Of a stretch of DNA of 64,000 nucleotides, positions 51,884 to 64,000 are shown in pieces; the stretch's first letter is position 1, and every line of letters starts with the position of its first letter. A program made the translations under genes and the position numbers. Source of the DNA: Macrostomum hystrix (lineage: Eukaryota > Animalia > Platyhelminthes); the NCBI GenBank assembly GCA_950097015.1, contig CATNEN010000007.1, forward strand, positions 9,796,001 to 9,860,000, read 5' to 3'. The notes below the pieces were generated by a model that ran no database searches, was not told the DNA's origin, and worked only from the letters and a program-made list of their open reading frames with translations.

Positions 51884-53367
51884 TTAGAGAATCGTGCCCT
51901 TCGTCGGGTGATTGAGGATCACATCGGCGCACTGGGTATTTTTGTTGCCGTAGAGCACACTGAACTCTACGCTGCTCCAGATGTTCTTACTGCCCTGGTT
52001 GCGCAGGAACACCCGGCAGCCGTCCGGGCTGACGCAGCGGACGCTGCAGCCAACGGAGCGAATCGACGGCGCCGGTAGCGTCAGCAGGCACTGCACATCA
52101 AGTCGCATCTCTCGGCCCAGTATCTCGTCGCTATTGCGATGACCCAGGTTGCCGCCGAACACATTCACAGCGCTGCTTTGGTAGCGCTCAATGAGGCTGG
52201 GAAATACCAGACTGACCAGGCCAACTGTGGGATTTTCCAGATAGTGAAATGAGCCGCGAATTATGAACTGTACGCTTGAGCGAACGGACTGCAGACCAAA
52301 GCTGAATATCAGGCTGTCAGCAGTCTCTATCTGCGCACCGACGCGAAAGATTGATGTATCACCTGAGGATGTCGAATGCTTAATTTATTGGAGTAATAAA
52401 CTCTAGTGCGTCATGGCAACTTTAAGTTTCAATATTTACGACACAACGTCATCATGAAGCCGCGGTTGGTTTGCCAGGCTAGAATACGTCATTTCAGGGT
52501 AAAATTCAGGACTTTTCTGCACCTCACCATTTTTTTTGGTCTGATAGTCAGCACTTTCTTGGCTCAGCCATGGAGCTCTGAATCTAGAAACTGGCGAGAC
52601 AATTCTCCCCCAACCCCCATTTTCCGGACCGGAAGTATGGGCCGACTGGCTGTCCCGAAAATACACAAAGCAGACAGGAAATTCTAACGCACAAATTGAA
52701 GAAAAACACTGATAACTTACGTATCGTGTCACATATTTTCAAAATGTTTGTTTTATTAGAAAGCTGAATAAATTCTCTACAATTAGTTGAAGCTTGTGCG
52801 TCTAGCTGTTTTAGCTACTGAGCTGTGCTTAAATAAAGTTTAAGGAAGACAAAATTGTCACTTAGCAGTGCACGCCCTCTGAAAGTTGTAATTCAAAATA
52901 AGTACCCCGCTGGGGAAGACATTTGGGTGGGTGTGACAACACCCACAGTCCAGAGACTGAAAATATGTACACTGCCTTTGGAAGCGGTTGTGTCACTAGC
53001 TGTACATCTAGCCCAACTGGTTCATGTGCAGTTTCTGTCTGTCTAACAGTCCTTCAACAGGCAGAACTGAGCGTTTACCCATGCTCGCCTGCAGATAGTA
53101 CACAACCAGGTTCGCACTGGGCAGCACAAGCCGCAGGTCGGACTTCTCCACTGTCGGCGTATTCATCCGGAATATCAGGCGAGCCTTGAAGTGCGCAATC
53201 TGTTTCTCAGCTACGGCGAAGATTGCGATGGACTCCGGTACAAGATTTGCGTCACGCACATCGCCGCTGCTTTGTTGGTTGTTGACGGCGCTGGCGACAG
53301 CCGAGTAGCCGCGAGTGGCATGCGGAAGAGCTTTAGGTGCCGTGTCGCGCGTGGAATTCCGCTGCAT
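51884..53367 (-). CDS. Hypothetical 4-exon protein; exons ~53367-53080, ~53035-52906, 52683-52528, 52362-51884
   Basis: GC-elevated open segments joined by phase-1 GT-AG junctions (G|gtact..ttag|AA, G|gtgag..tcag|GT). The first intron boundaries are ambiguous and no domain was recognised. Confidence 0.45.
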
Positions 53368-54019
53368 GGATGACTGAGATGGACTGAGATGGACTGGCTA
53401 GCGGATAAAGAATAAGCGAAATTCGAGGAATGCCTACTTACGATCGTATTGAGGATTGGCCCATAGACTATTGCTTCACAGAGTTCCTAAAATAAGGCTT
53501 GATAAAAAATGATACATATCATCCATGAAAATAGCTCATAAAACTCGTGAGCGTGGATCTCTTTCTGTTTTAAATTATATGCCCTCCAATTGTAGTCTTA
53601 GCGAGTGCACTTTGATTCCTCATGTTTTGACCCTTACAGTCAAATTCTTTCACCCTAGCCTCGTGATTGGCTGTCCTCTCTCGTTGTGATCCACCCCCGC
53701 CGCCACCCTTACCCAGTGCGTACTTCATGCAAGCCTGATATGGCCCATATCGTTAGTGAAATAACTCTAGACTGGTGGTATTTAGAAACGAAACGAAACT
53801 CTGAGAACGGTCCTCCACGCTCCTGAGAACGGCGATATATATTTTATGCGACGGCACGTTGGGTGCAAGGATTAGGGGGTGATAAAATAGAGCGAACAAT
53901 GATTTGAAAGTCAGCCAGTTAAACAGACAGCTGCCAGCGCGGTGTACTCAGCGTACACGCGCTGGCTGCAAGTCACTACATTAACAGTTATTATGTTGTT
54001 TTTGTTGACGCACGCGTAG

Positions 54020-56165
54020 TAATATTTGGGAAATCTTGCTTGCTTGCTTGTATGTTTGCAATCGACTAGCTCCCGAACGGCTCAACCGATTTTCACAATT
54101 CCTTCGCCAAAAGATCACAAATGGGCCGGAATCGGTACACGTATTTTTATTAAGCTTAATTCCATTGCCAAGGGGATTAAATATTCGAAAAACAGTTTTA
54201 AATAGGCTTTTCTAATGCATTCTTGTTTTCAGCTTGTGCACAGTGAGGCTCCAGTGCCAATTTTAATGATTGCATCAGAGCCAGTTTTGATAACGAACTG
54301 ATAAGAACTCCAGTGAGGCTACCCAGAGGGTAGCGAAGGCAGCTAGTCTTCTAATATACTAAAAATGAAAATCTTGCTTGCTTGCTTGCTTGCTTGTTTG
54401 CAATCGACTAGCTCCCGAACGGCTCAACCGATTTTCGCAATTCCTTCGCCAAAAGATCGCAATTGGGCCGGAATCGGTACACGTATTTTTATTAAGCTTA
54501 ATTCCATTGCCAAGGGGATTAAATATTCGAAAAACAGTTTTAAATAGGCTTTTCTAATGCATTCTTGTTTTCAGCTTGTGCACAGTGAGGCCTCCAGTGC
54601 CAAATTTAATGATTGCATCAGAGCCAGTTTTGATAACGCACGCGCGTACTGATAAGAACTCACAGGGAGGCTACCCAGAGGGTAGCGAAGGCAGCTAGTC
54701 TAATATACTAAAAATGAAAATCTTGCTTGCTTGCTTGCTTGTTTGCAATCGACTAGCTCCCGAACGGCTCAACCGATTTTCGCAATTCCTTCGCCAAAAG
54801 ATCACAAATGGGCCGGAATCGGTACACGTAATTTTATTAAGCTTAATTCCATTTGCAAGGGGATTAAATATTCGAAAAACAGTTTTAAATAGGCTTTTCT
54901 AATGCATTCTTGTTTTCAGCTTGTGCACAGTTAGGCCTCCAGTGCCAAATTTAATGATTGCATCAGAGCCAGTTTTGATAACGCACGCGCGTACTGATAA
55001 GAACTCACAGGGAGGCTACCCAGAGGGTAGCGAAGGCAGCTAGTCTAATATACTAAAAATGAAAATCTTGCTTGCTTGTTTGCAATCGACTAGCTCCCGA
55101 ACGGCTCAACCGATTTTCACAATTCCTTCGCTAAAAGATCACAAATTGGCCGGAATCGGTACACGTATTTTTATTAAGCTTAATTCCATTGCCAAGGGGA
55201 TTAAATATTCGAAAAACAGTTTTAAATAGGCTTTTCTAATGCATTCTTGTTTTCAGCTTGTGCACAGTGAGGCCTCCAGTACCAATTTTAATGATTGCAT
55301 CAGAGCCAGTTTTGATAACGCACGCGCGTACTGATAAGAACTCACAGGGAGGCTACCCAGAGGGTAGCGAAGGCAGCTAGTCTAATATACTAAAAATGAA
55401 AATCTTGCTTGCTTGCTTGCTTGTTTGCAATCGACTAGCTCCCGAACGGCTCAACCGATTTTCGCAATTCCTTCGCCAAAAGATCACAAATGGGCCGGAA
55501 TCGGTACACGTAATTTTATTAAGCTTAATTCCATTGCCAAGGGGATTAAATATTCGAAAAACAGTTTTAAATAGGCTTTTCTAATGCATTCTTGTTTTCA
55601 GCTTGTGCACAGTGAGGCCTCCAGTGCCAATTTTAATGATTGCATCAGAGCCAGTTTTGATAACGCACGCGCGTACTGATAAGAACTCACAGGGAGGCTA
55701 CCCAGAGGGTAGCGAAGACAGCTAGTCTTCCAATATACTAAAATTCAAAACTATATTTCTATCTATCTATCTATCTATATATATATACGAAAAATCTAAT
55801 ATACTAAAAATGAAAATCTTTCTAATATACTAAAAATGAAAATCTTGTTTGTATGTTTGTATGTTTGCAATCGACTAGCTCCCGAACGGCTCAACCGATT
55901 TTCGCAATTCCTTCGCCAAAAGATCACAAATGGGCCGGAATCGGTACACGTATTTTTATTAAGCTTAATTCCATTGCCAATGGGATTAAATATTCGAAAA
56001 ACAGTTTTAAATAGGCTTTTCTAATGCATTCTTGTTTTCAGCTTGTGCACAGTGAGGCCTCCAGTGCCAATTTTAATGATTGCATCAGAGCCAGTTTTGA
56101 TAACGCACGCGCGTACTGATAAGAACTCACAGGGAGGCTACCCAGAGGGTAGCGAAGGCAGCTAG
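54020..56165 (+). mobile_element. Tandem array of six ~340-bp non-autonomous Helitrons (type A end)
   Basis: Units 2-6 begin TCTAATATACTAAAA (unit 1 has a degenerate 5' end), then a (GCTT)n-type microsatellite, body, hairpin GCTACCC-AGA-GGGTAGC and, 8 nt later, CTAG. Units end at 54346, 54698, 55043, 55380, 55725 and 56165. Confidence 0.9.
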
Positions 56166-58742
56166 TCTTCCAACTATACTAAATCTCTAAAGTCTGTCTG
56201 TCTGTCTGTCTGTGGAATTTCGATACACAGGCTAAATGCCTCAACCAAATTTGATCGCGTTTTTTGCTAAACATGCCAAATTTTACTGGCATGAGACCTT
56301 GAAAATTTCGTTAGTCTGCTTCAATGCTAACAATATTAAATATTCGAAAAACGAGTTTTCCTATTGCTTTCAATAGGAGGCCAAACAAGGTTAAATTAGA
56401 ATAGGGCCGGACACTGTCAGCTTTATTAGATTGCATCGGTGCTTTTTCTCGCCCGCGCGTGCATTGGTATAGCACTGAACAGGGCCCGATACTCTCAATT
56501 GAATAGGATTGCGTCACTGCTTTTCGACCCGTACGTACGTTTATAAATTTGTCTCTTGGCTGATCGAGTGATTTGATTTAAATACGCAAACCGTACATAG
56601 CAGATTTCATGATTGGGCTTTTATGATGCTCAATGCTAGCGAGACCTCTCCTCCTCCTTTCTATCCATAAAACTGCAGCCTTTCTATTGTCAAACCTTGT
56701 CTCGACTTCGATCATTGTGCCGCTTTCTTTTCATCTAGCTCCGAAGTAAAGTACTTTAATGCTATTGTAGAATGCAGGTAGAATTTCAGCATCGGTTTTG
56801 TTACTGCTTCTTTTTCTTCTAATCTTCTAAACATCAGCAGTTAAAAACGTAAGTTCCTGTTTATTAGTATTTTTTGGGCATTTTTGGGTTCGAGTATAAA
56901 TACGAGTAAGTAAGTAAGCGATTTTGGTTAGCTACTGTCGAAGCAGATATTTGTTAGCTTTATTATTCCTGTACTCGCTTTCAGAAAATAGTATTCGTTT
57001 TCGAGTAAAGCAGCAAGTTTTATTCGATAATAAAACTTAGGAAATATTTTTTGTGCATAGCTGCAGGCGCTATCACAATTGAGAACTGCAAGAAAAAAAT
57101 ATTGAGCGCAGCTAAGAGCGTAAATTATTTCCAATTTTTCTATTTTTTAGCATTGCTTTAAGCGTTATTCGATTAAAAAAATGGCTTATTTTATAATAAT
57201 AATTATAAAACTTTATTCGACGAAGTCTGATCGAAACCGTTTTCTAAAGTGCTCAACGATTTTCTAAATGTGTCCAACGATTTTCTAAATGTGTCCAACG
57301 ATTTTCTAAATGTGTTTAACAGTTTTCTAAATGTATCTACCGTGCCACATGTAACAGGAGATGTAACAGGAGATATTTGTTGCCTTCTGGGCTGAGTAAA
57401 ACGATGGACACATCGTTTCTATGCTATTTGGGGGCAATGGTTTCCTGTCAAAGAAAAAGGGCAAAAATTTCTTGCTGCGAGTTTGGTAGCCTGCAAGTAG
57501 CCTCCATTCTGGTATTATGGAGGTTCTCTTCTGTTTGAAGAACATTAGTTCTCTGCTGCTGGGGGAATTAGTTCTCGGCTGCTGGGGGAATTGGTTCTCT
57601 GTTGCTCGGGGAATTAGTTCTCTGCTGCTGGGGAAATTAGTTCTCTGCTGCTGGGGAAATTAGTTCTCATGGCAAAACCAGCGTTTGAATCATGGCTAAA
57701 CTAGAGTTTGAATCATAGTTAAACCAGAGTCTGAATCATTCTAAGCCAGAGTCTGAATCATGGCTAAACCAGAGCTTAAATAATGGCTAAACCAGAGTCT
57801 GAATCATGGCTAAATTTACGTTTGAATCATGGCAAAACCAGAGTTTGAATAATGGCTAAACAAGAGTTTGAATCATGGCTAAACCAGCGTTTGAATCATG
57901 GCCAACCAGCGTCTGAATCATGGCTAAACCAGAGTTTATATCATGGCTAAACCAGAGTTTGAATCAAAGATAAACCAGAACTGGGGGATAATCGTCAACT
58001 GTGGGATAATTGTAAACTGGGGAATCATCATCAAATGGGGATCATGGTCAACTGGGAGATCATTGTCAACTGGGTGATCATCATCAACTGGGGGATCATT
58101 GTCAACTAGGGGGTAATAGCCAACTGGGGTAACATTGTCAACTGGGGATCATCATCAATGGGGGATCATAGTCAACTGGGAGATAATTGTCAACTGGGTG
58201 ATCATCATCAACTGGGGGATCATTGTAACCTGGGGGATCAATGTCAACTGGGGGATCATTGTCAACTGGGTGATTATCTTCAACTGGTGGATCATTGTCA
58301 ACTGTGGGATCATTGTCAACTGGGGGATCATTGTCAACTGGTGGATCATTATCAACTGGGGGATCATTGTCAACTGTGGGATCATTGTCAACTTGGGGAA
58401 CATTGTCAACTGGGGGATCATCATCAACTGGGGGATCATTGTCAACTGGGGAATCATTGTCGACTGGGGGACCATTGTCAACTGGGGGATCATTGTCCCA
58501 GATCATTGTCAACTGGGGGATCATTGTCAACTGGGGGATCATTGTCAACTGGGGGATCATCATCAACTGGGAATCATTGTCGACTGAGGGACCATTGTCA
58601 ACCGGGGGATCATTATCAACTGGGGGATCATTGTCAACTGATCATTGTAGCGTAAAAAAGGCTAAAAATACAGCTGCTAAAAAGTGTATACTGGACGAAT
58701 TAAAAATATTTCTGCTCCCCGAAGGGGGGCAAAACTTGCTAG
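56166..58742 (+). mobile_element. Composite non-autonomous Helitron (type B end) carrying four consecutive minisatellites
   Basis: Starts TC...ctatactaaat + (GTCT)n right after a CTAG; ends with hairpin GCTCCCC-GAA-GGGGGGC, 8 nt, CTAG|T. Confidence 0.7.
57235..58650. repeat. Four adjacent minisatellites: 21-bp (57235-57340), ~24-bp (57545-57668), 23-bp (57670-57980), 18-bp (57980-58650)
   Basis: Units ttttctaaatgtgtccaacga; ttagttctctgctgctgggggaa; tgaatcatggctaaaccagagtt; ctgggggatcattgtcaa. Confidence 0.9.
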
Positions 58743-59850
58743 TCTAATATACTAAAAATGAACTGTTTACTTACTTGGTTGTAATTGATTTTCTCCCGAA
58801 CGGCTCAACCGATTTTCACCATTTCTTCACCAAAATATGCGAAATATGGGCAGAATTTTACACGTATTTTTATTAAGCTTAACTCCATTGCTAAGGGGAT
58901 TAAATATTCGAAAAACATGATTTTGTCAAAGGTCAAACCATCTTGGCCTATTGAGAATTTTAACTCACTGCCACTGAATTAGAATTGCATCGTCAAATTG
59001 CGCAACAACCCCTAGCTGATTGAATTTGAAGCCTGCACTCTGGAGACAAATTGGAAATAAATGTACACAACCAACCGTGAGACTGAGTGTACTCTATTTT
59101 CTCACTTCATTGTACAAAGCCAGAACTTTGATAATTCATTTTATAAGGCTGATTTTTGCACCCACTAACCAACAGTCGGAATAGCCGATGTGTAGGCACT
59201 AGTCTAATATACTAAAAATGAAAATCTTGCTTGCTTGTTTGCAATCGACTAGCTCCCGAACGGCTCAACCGATTTTAGCAATTCCTTCGCCAAAAGATCA
59301 CAAATGGGCCGGAATCGGTACACGTAATTTTATTAAGCTTAATTCCATTGCCAAGGGGATTAAATATTCGAAAAACAGTTTTAAATAGGCTTTTCTAATG
59401 CATTCTTGTTTTCAGCTTGTGCACAGTGAGGCTCCAGTGCCAATTTTAATGATTGCATCAGAGCCAGTTTTGATAACGAACTGATAAGAACTCACAGGGA
59501 GGCTACCCAGAGGGTAGCGAAGGCAGCTAGTCTATCTAATATACTAAAAATGAAATGCTTGGTTGGTTGCTTGTAATTGATTTTCTCCCGAACGGCTCAA
59601 CCGATTTTCACCATTTCTTCACCAAAAGATGCTAAATATGGGCAGAATTTTACACGTATTTTTAATAAGCTTAACTTCATTGTTAAGGGGATTAAATATT
59701 CGAAAAACTGTTTTAGATAGGATTTTTAATGCATTTCATCAGAGCCAGTTTTGTCAACGTGCATTCCACTGCCAATTTTAATGATTGCATCAGGGCCAGT
59801 TTTGTTAATAGTGAGTACATTTAATGATTGCATCAGGGCCAGTTTTGTTA
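58743..59850 (+). mobile_element. Three more abutting Helitron units: 58743-59202 (type C end), 59203-59530 (type A end), 59531-~59850 (3'-truncated variant)
   Basis: CTAG|TCTA junctions at 58742, 59202 and 59530; shared 5' block ctcccgaacggctcaaccgatttt...aaatattcgaaaa. Confidence 0.85.
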
Positions 59851-59984
59851 AAAGTGAGTACACTGACTGATAAGAATTTCACTGTGTAAAATGTACATAT
59901 CTGTGTCAACTCCACTGGCGAGACAGTCTGCGAATTTATAAATAGACGAGCTAAACTCCTCCTCCGGAGGAGGTTGAGGGGAGA

Positions 59985-60770
59985 GAACTCCCATCGCCTG
60001 ATCTCCAATCGCCTGATCTTCCCTCGCCTGATCTTCCACCGTCTCATCTCCCATCGCCTCATCTCCCATCGCCTCATCTCCTATCGCCTGATCTCTCATC
60101 GCCAGATCTCCCATTACCTGATCTCCCATCGCCTAATCTCCCATTTCCTCATCTCCCGTCGCCACATCTCCCATCGCCTCATCTCCCATCGCCTAATCTC
60201 CCATCGCCTGATCTCCCATCGCCTCATCTCCCATTGCCTCATCTCCCATCGCCTCATCTCCCATCGCCTGATCTCCCATCGCCTGATCTCCCATCGCCTC
60301 ATCTTCCGTCGCCTGATCTCCCGTCGCCTGATCTCCCATCGCCTCATCTCCCATCGCCTCATCTCCTATCGCCTGATCTCCCATCGCCTAATCTCCCATC
60401 GCCTCATCTCCCATCGCCTAATCTCCCATCGCCTGATCTCCCATCGCCTCATCTCCCATCGCCTAATCTCCCATTGCCTCATCTCCCATCGCCTCATCTC
60501 CCATCGCCTGATCTCCCATCGCCTGATCTCCCATCGCCTCATCTCCCGTCGCCTGATCTCCCGTCGCCTGATCTCCCATCGCCTCATCTCCCATCGCCTA
60601 ATCTCCCATTGCCTCATCTCCCATCGCCTCATCTCCTATCGCCTGATCTCCCATCGCCTGATCACCCATCACCTCATCTCCCATCGCCAGATGTCCTGCT
60701 GCCTGATCTCCTATCGCCTAATTTCCCATCGCCTCATCTCCCATCCCCTGATCTCTGATCGCCTCAGTTC
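59985..60770. repeat. 15-bp minisatellite (~52 copies)
   Basis: Unit atctcccatcgcct(c/g/a). Confidence 0.95.
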
Positions 60771-61239
60771 TTTCTAGCAGTACAAATTTTATCCACAAAT
60801 GTTAAAAAGCAAAAGGACAATTCACAGTTGAAATTTCATTGCCTTTAGCGCATAGGGCAGCCAGTTTAGCAAGCACATTCTTCTCCGCCCACAGTGAGAG
60901 GCCCGCCAAGTTTTTTAATAGAATTTTAACCCCACCAACTCCGCCCCAGCCCATTGTACGCACTTCAATATTGAACAAATCAGACCCCTCAATAGAAATA
61001 ACTCGCGGCACCCTCTCTCCGCCAATACACAGGGACAGTTAGAATGTGCGTACGGCCACCTCTCCGCCCCATTTTCAAACCGACTGCCAACCCTCCACTG
61101 GAGAGAAAATACACTGAACAGATAGGCCGAAATGATAGCGCAACCACTTTAACCGACTCCAGTTTTCTCAGCTCAAAAGAAAAAAGTGTCCAGAGAAGGT
61201 TACGAAATCATTTTTCTGCTTTTTTGAGGATCTTAGAAT

Positions 61240-61406
61240 TTGAAATTTCAGAATTAAAATAGCCTATAGCCTGACCAGGAAAATTTCCCATTTTCCCATA
61301 TAAGTTTCAAAGTTGACTTGTCAGTATTCTAGGAGGAGATAACCAACAGACAGACAGACAGACAAACAACACGTGAATTTTAGTATATTTAAGATAAGAT
61401 AAGAGA
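61240..61406 (-). mobile_element. Helitron-like 5' end in the opposite orientation
   Basis: Reverse strand reads tcttatcttaaatatactaaaattc...tttgtctgtctgtctg, the same 5' architecture as the plus-strand units. No clear 3' end was found. Confidence 0.5.
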
Positions 61407-61604
61407 TTACATCACAGCTTTTCTCACCCGTGTGTGTGTGTGTTTGATTTTAACAGGTAAAATGTGCATAGCAGATTTCAATTCAATGATATATTGCTCA
61501 ATACAATTCCCCCCAGCGAGTTTAGTAGATACAGCGAGACATCTACTCCTTTCTTACCACAATAAAAATAAATCATCAAACCTTGTCTTGATTTCAATCG
61601 AGAA

Positions 61605-62950
61605 AAGTGTCCAACAGTTGTTTAAATGTCCAACCGTTTTTTAATGTGTCCAACAGTATTCTTAATGCTTTTAACCATTTTCTAAATGTGTTTACCAGTA
61701 TTCTAAATGTGTTTAACAGTATTCTAAATGTGTTTACCAGTATTCTAAATGTGTTTACCAGTATTCTAAATGTGTTTACCAGTATTCTAAGTGTGTTTAA
61801 CAGTTTTCTAAATGTCTAACCGTTTTCTTAATGTGTTTACCAGTGTTCTAAATGTGCTCACCAGTTTTCTAAATGTGTTTACCAGTATTCTAAATGTGTT
61901 TACCAGTATTCTAAATGTGTTTACCATACCAGTATTCTAAATGTGTTACCAGTATTCTAAATGTGTTTAATAACATTTTTCTAAATGTCTTTAACCGTTT
62001 TCTTAATGTGTTTACCAGTATTCTAAATGTGCTCACCAGTTTTCTAAATGTGTTTACCAGTATTCTAAATGTGTTTACCAGTATTCTAAATGTGTTTAAC
62101 CGTTTTCTAAATGTGTTTACCAGTATTCTAAGTGTGTTTAACAGTTTTCTAAATGTCTTTAACAGTTTTCTAAATGTCTTTACCAGTATTCTAAATGTGT
62201 TTACCAGTATTCTAAATATGTTTAACAGTATTCTAAATGTGTTTAACAGTTTTCTAAATGTGGTTAACAGTATTCTAAATGTGTTTACCATACCAGTATT
62301 CTAAATGTGTTACCAGTATTCTAAATGTGTTTAACAGTTTTCTAAATGTCTTTAACCGTTTTCTTAATGTGTTTACCAGTATTCTAAATGTGCTCACCAG
62401 TTTTCTAAATGTGTTTACCAGTATTCTAAATGTGTTTACCAGTATTCTAAATGTGTTTAACCGTTTTCTAAATGTGTTTACCAGTATTCTAAGTGTGTTT
62501 ACCAGTTTTCTAAATGTCTTTAACAGTTTTCTAAATGTCTTTACCAGTATTCTAAATGTCTTTACCAGTATTCTAAATATGTTTAACAGTATTCTAAATG
62601 TGTTTACCAGTATTCTAAATGTGTTTACCAGTATTCTAAATGTGTTTAACAGTTTTCTAAATGTGGTTAACAGTATTCTAAAAGTGTTTAACCGTTTTCT
62701 AAATGTGTTTATCAGTTCTCTAAATGTGTGTACCAGTATTCTAAATGTGTTGAATAGTTTTCTAAAAGTGTTTATCAGTTGTTCAATTGTGCTTTCCAGT
62801 TTTTTAAATGTTTTTACAGTTTTCTTAACGTGTTTATCAGTTTTCTAAATGTGTTTAGCATTTTTCAAATGTTTCCAAAATGTTTCTAAAAATTTCCAAT
62901 AATTACCAACTTTGTTAATGCGTTTTAAAGTTTTTAAATATGTTGAACGG
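61605..62950. repeat. 21-bp minisatellite (~60 copies), same family as 57235-57340
   Basis: Unit ttctaaatgtgtttaccagta. Confidence 0.95.
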
Positions 62951-62959
62951 TTAATAATG

Positions 62960-63560
62960 GTTATTTGCTGCTGGGGGGGAATTAGTTCTTTGATGCTAGG
63001 GGGGAATTGGTTCTTTGCTGCTGGGGGGGAATTGGTTCTTTGCTGCTGGGGGTAATTAGTTCTCTGCTGCTGGGGGGAATTAGTTCTCTGCTGCTGGTTG
63101 GGGAATTAGTTCTCTGCTGCTAGGGGGGGAATTAGTTCTCTGCTGCTGGGGGGAAATTAGTTCTCTGCTGCTGGGGGTAATTAGTTCTCTGCTGCTGGTT
63201 GGGGAATTAGTTCTCTGCTGCTGGGGGGGGGGAATTAGTTCTCTGCTGCTGGGGGGGAATTAGTTCTCTGCTGCTGGGGGGAATTAGTTCTCTGCTGCTG
63301 GGGGGGGATTTAGTTCTCTGCTGCTGGGGGGAAATTTGTTCTCTGTTGCTGGGGGGAATTAGTTCTCTGCTGCTGGGGGGGGAATTAGTTCTCTGCTGCT
63401 GGGGGGGAATTAGTTCTCTGCTGCTGGGGGGGAATTAGTTCTTTGCTGCTGGGGGGAATTAGTTCTCTGCTGCTGGAGGGAAATTAGTTATTTGCTACTG
63501 AGGGGACATTAGTTCTCTGCTGCTTGGGGGACATTGGTTTTTTACTGCTGAGGGGATAGT
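62960..63560. repeat. ~24-26-bp G-run minisatellite (~23 copies), same family as 57545-57668
   Basis: Unit aattagttctctgctgctgg(g)n. Confidence 0.95.
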
Positions 63561-63867
63561 TTTCACATGTACCTCAGTAGCATTAAGCTGAGTTGTATCA
63601 AACGTAAGCTACTTGTGTAATTTTGCCCCAATGGGGCTCTTGGTGTACAGACCGGATGTCTCAGAATGTATTCAAGCTCAGACTGACTGTTTTTGTATTT
63701 AGTGAGAATTCAAATTCTCTTTGATTCGCAATCACGTATATTCGCAATCAGGGAAATTATTACTGACGAAATAGGTTTTCGTTTTTGTTTGCTTTCAGGT
63801 GTGTTTTTTCCTTCTGCATTGCACAAGATTTTTTGTCTGACCAGTAGTGCTCCCCGAAGTCTGTAAA

Positions 63868-64000
63868 TTCAGCTGCTAAAAAGTATATACTAGACGAATT
63901 AAAAGTATTTCTGCTCCCCGAAGGGGGGCAAAACTTGCTAGTCTTATATACTAAAAATGAAAATCTTGCTTGCTTGTTTGCAATCGACTAGCTCCCGAAC
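63868..64000 (+). mobile_element. Helitron type B 3' end (CTAG at 63938-63941) abutting the 5' end of another type A unit
   Basis: cagctgctaaaaagtatatactagacgaatt...gctccccgaaggggggcaaaacttgCTAG|TCTTATATACTAAAAATGAAAATC. Confidence 0.85.

Noticed and set aside
54020-56165. Regularly spaced repeats resembling a CRISPR-like array, and repeated small ORFs (MKILLACLL...)
   Set aside because: Whole units are near identical with no unique spacers and no cas genes. The ORF frames shift with microsatellite length. Helitron termini explain the structure.
58135-62848. Repetitive ORFs (LGDHCQ, RLISH, FTSILNV)
   Set aside because: Translations of 18-, 15- and 21-bp satellites open in several frames on both strands.

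Overview
Eukaryotic (animal) genomic DNA. GC-rich coding exons with GT-AG introns sit in AT-rich, minisatellite- and transposon-dense spacers. The overall style suggests a free-living flatworm such as Macrostomum, but this is inference and not shown by the sequence. Genes: a FAM149-like gene (3' part runs off the left edge), an intronless RPS29 missed by the ORF track, a 5-exon SRPK kinase, two intronless class A GPCRs, a tightly linked MARCH5 -> PFDN4 pair, a protein with only the Hunchback/Ikaros-type C-terminal finger pair followed closely by a CHP (calcineurin B homologous protein), and a 4-exon gene of unknown function. Repeats: about 15 minisatellites, two tRNA-derived SINE families, several TIR elements with target-site duplications, and a mariner transposase relic. 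The right ~10 kb is a head-to-tail concatemer of non-autonomous Helitrons (CTAG|TC junctions) that share a 5' end, carry three different 3' hairpins, and hold internal minisatellites expanded to very different lengths in different copies. The most interesting observations are this Helitron-satellite concatemer and a candidate operon in which PFDN4 seems to lack a usable start codon and may receive its AUG from a spliced leader. All coordinates were counted by hand and may be off by a few bases.
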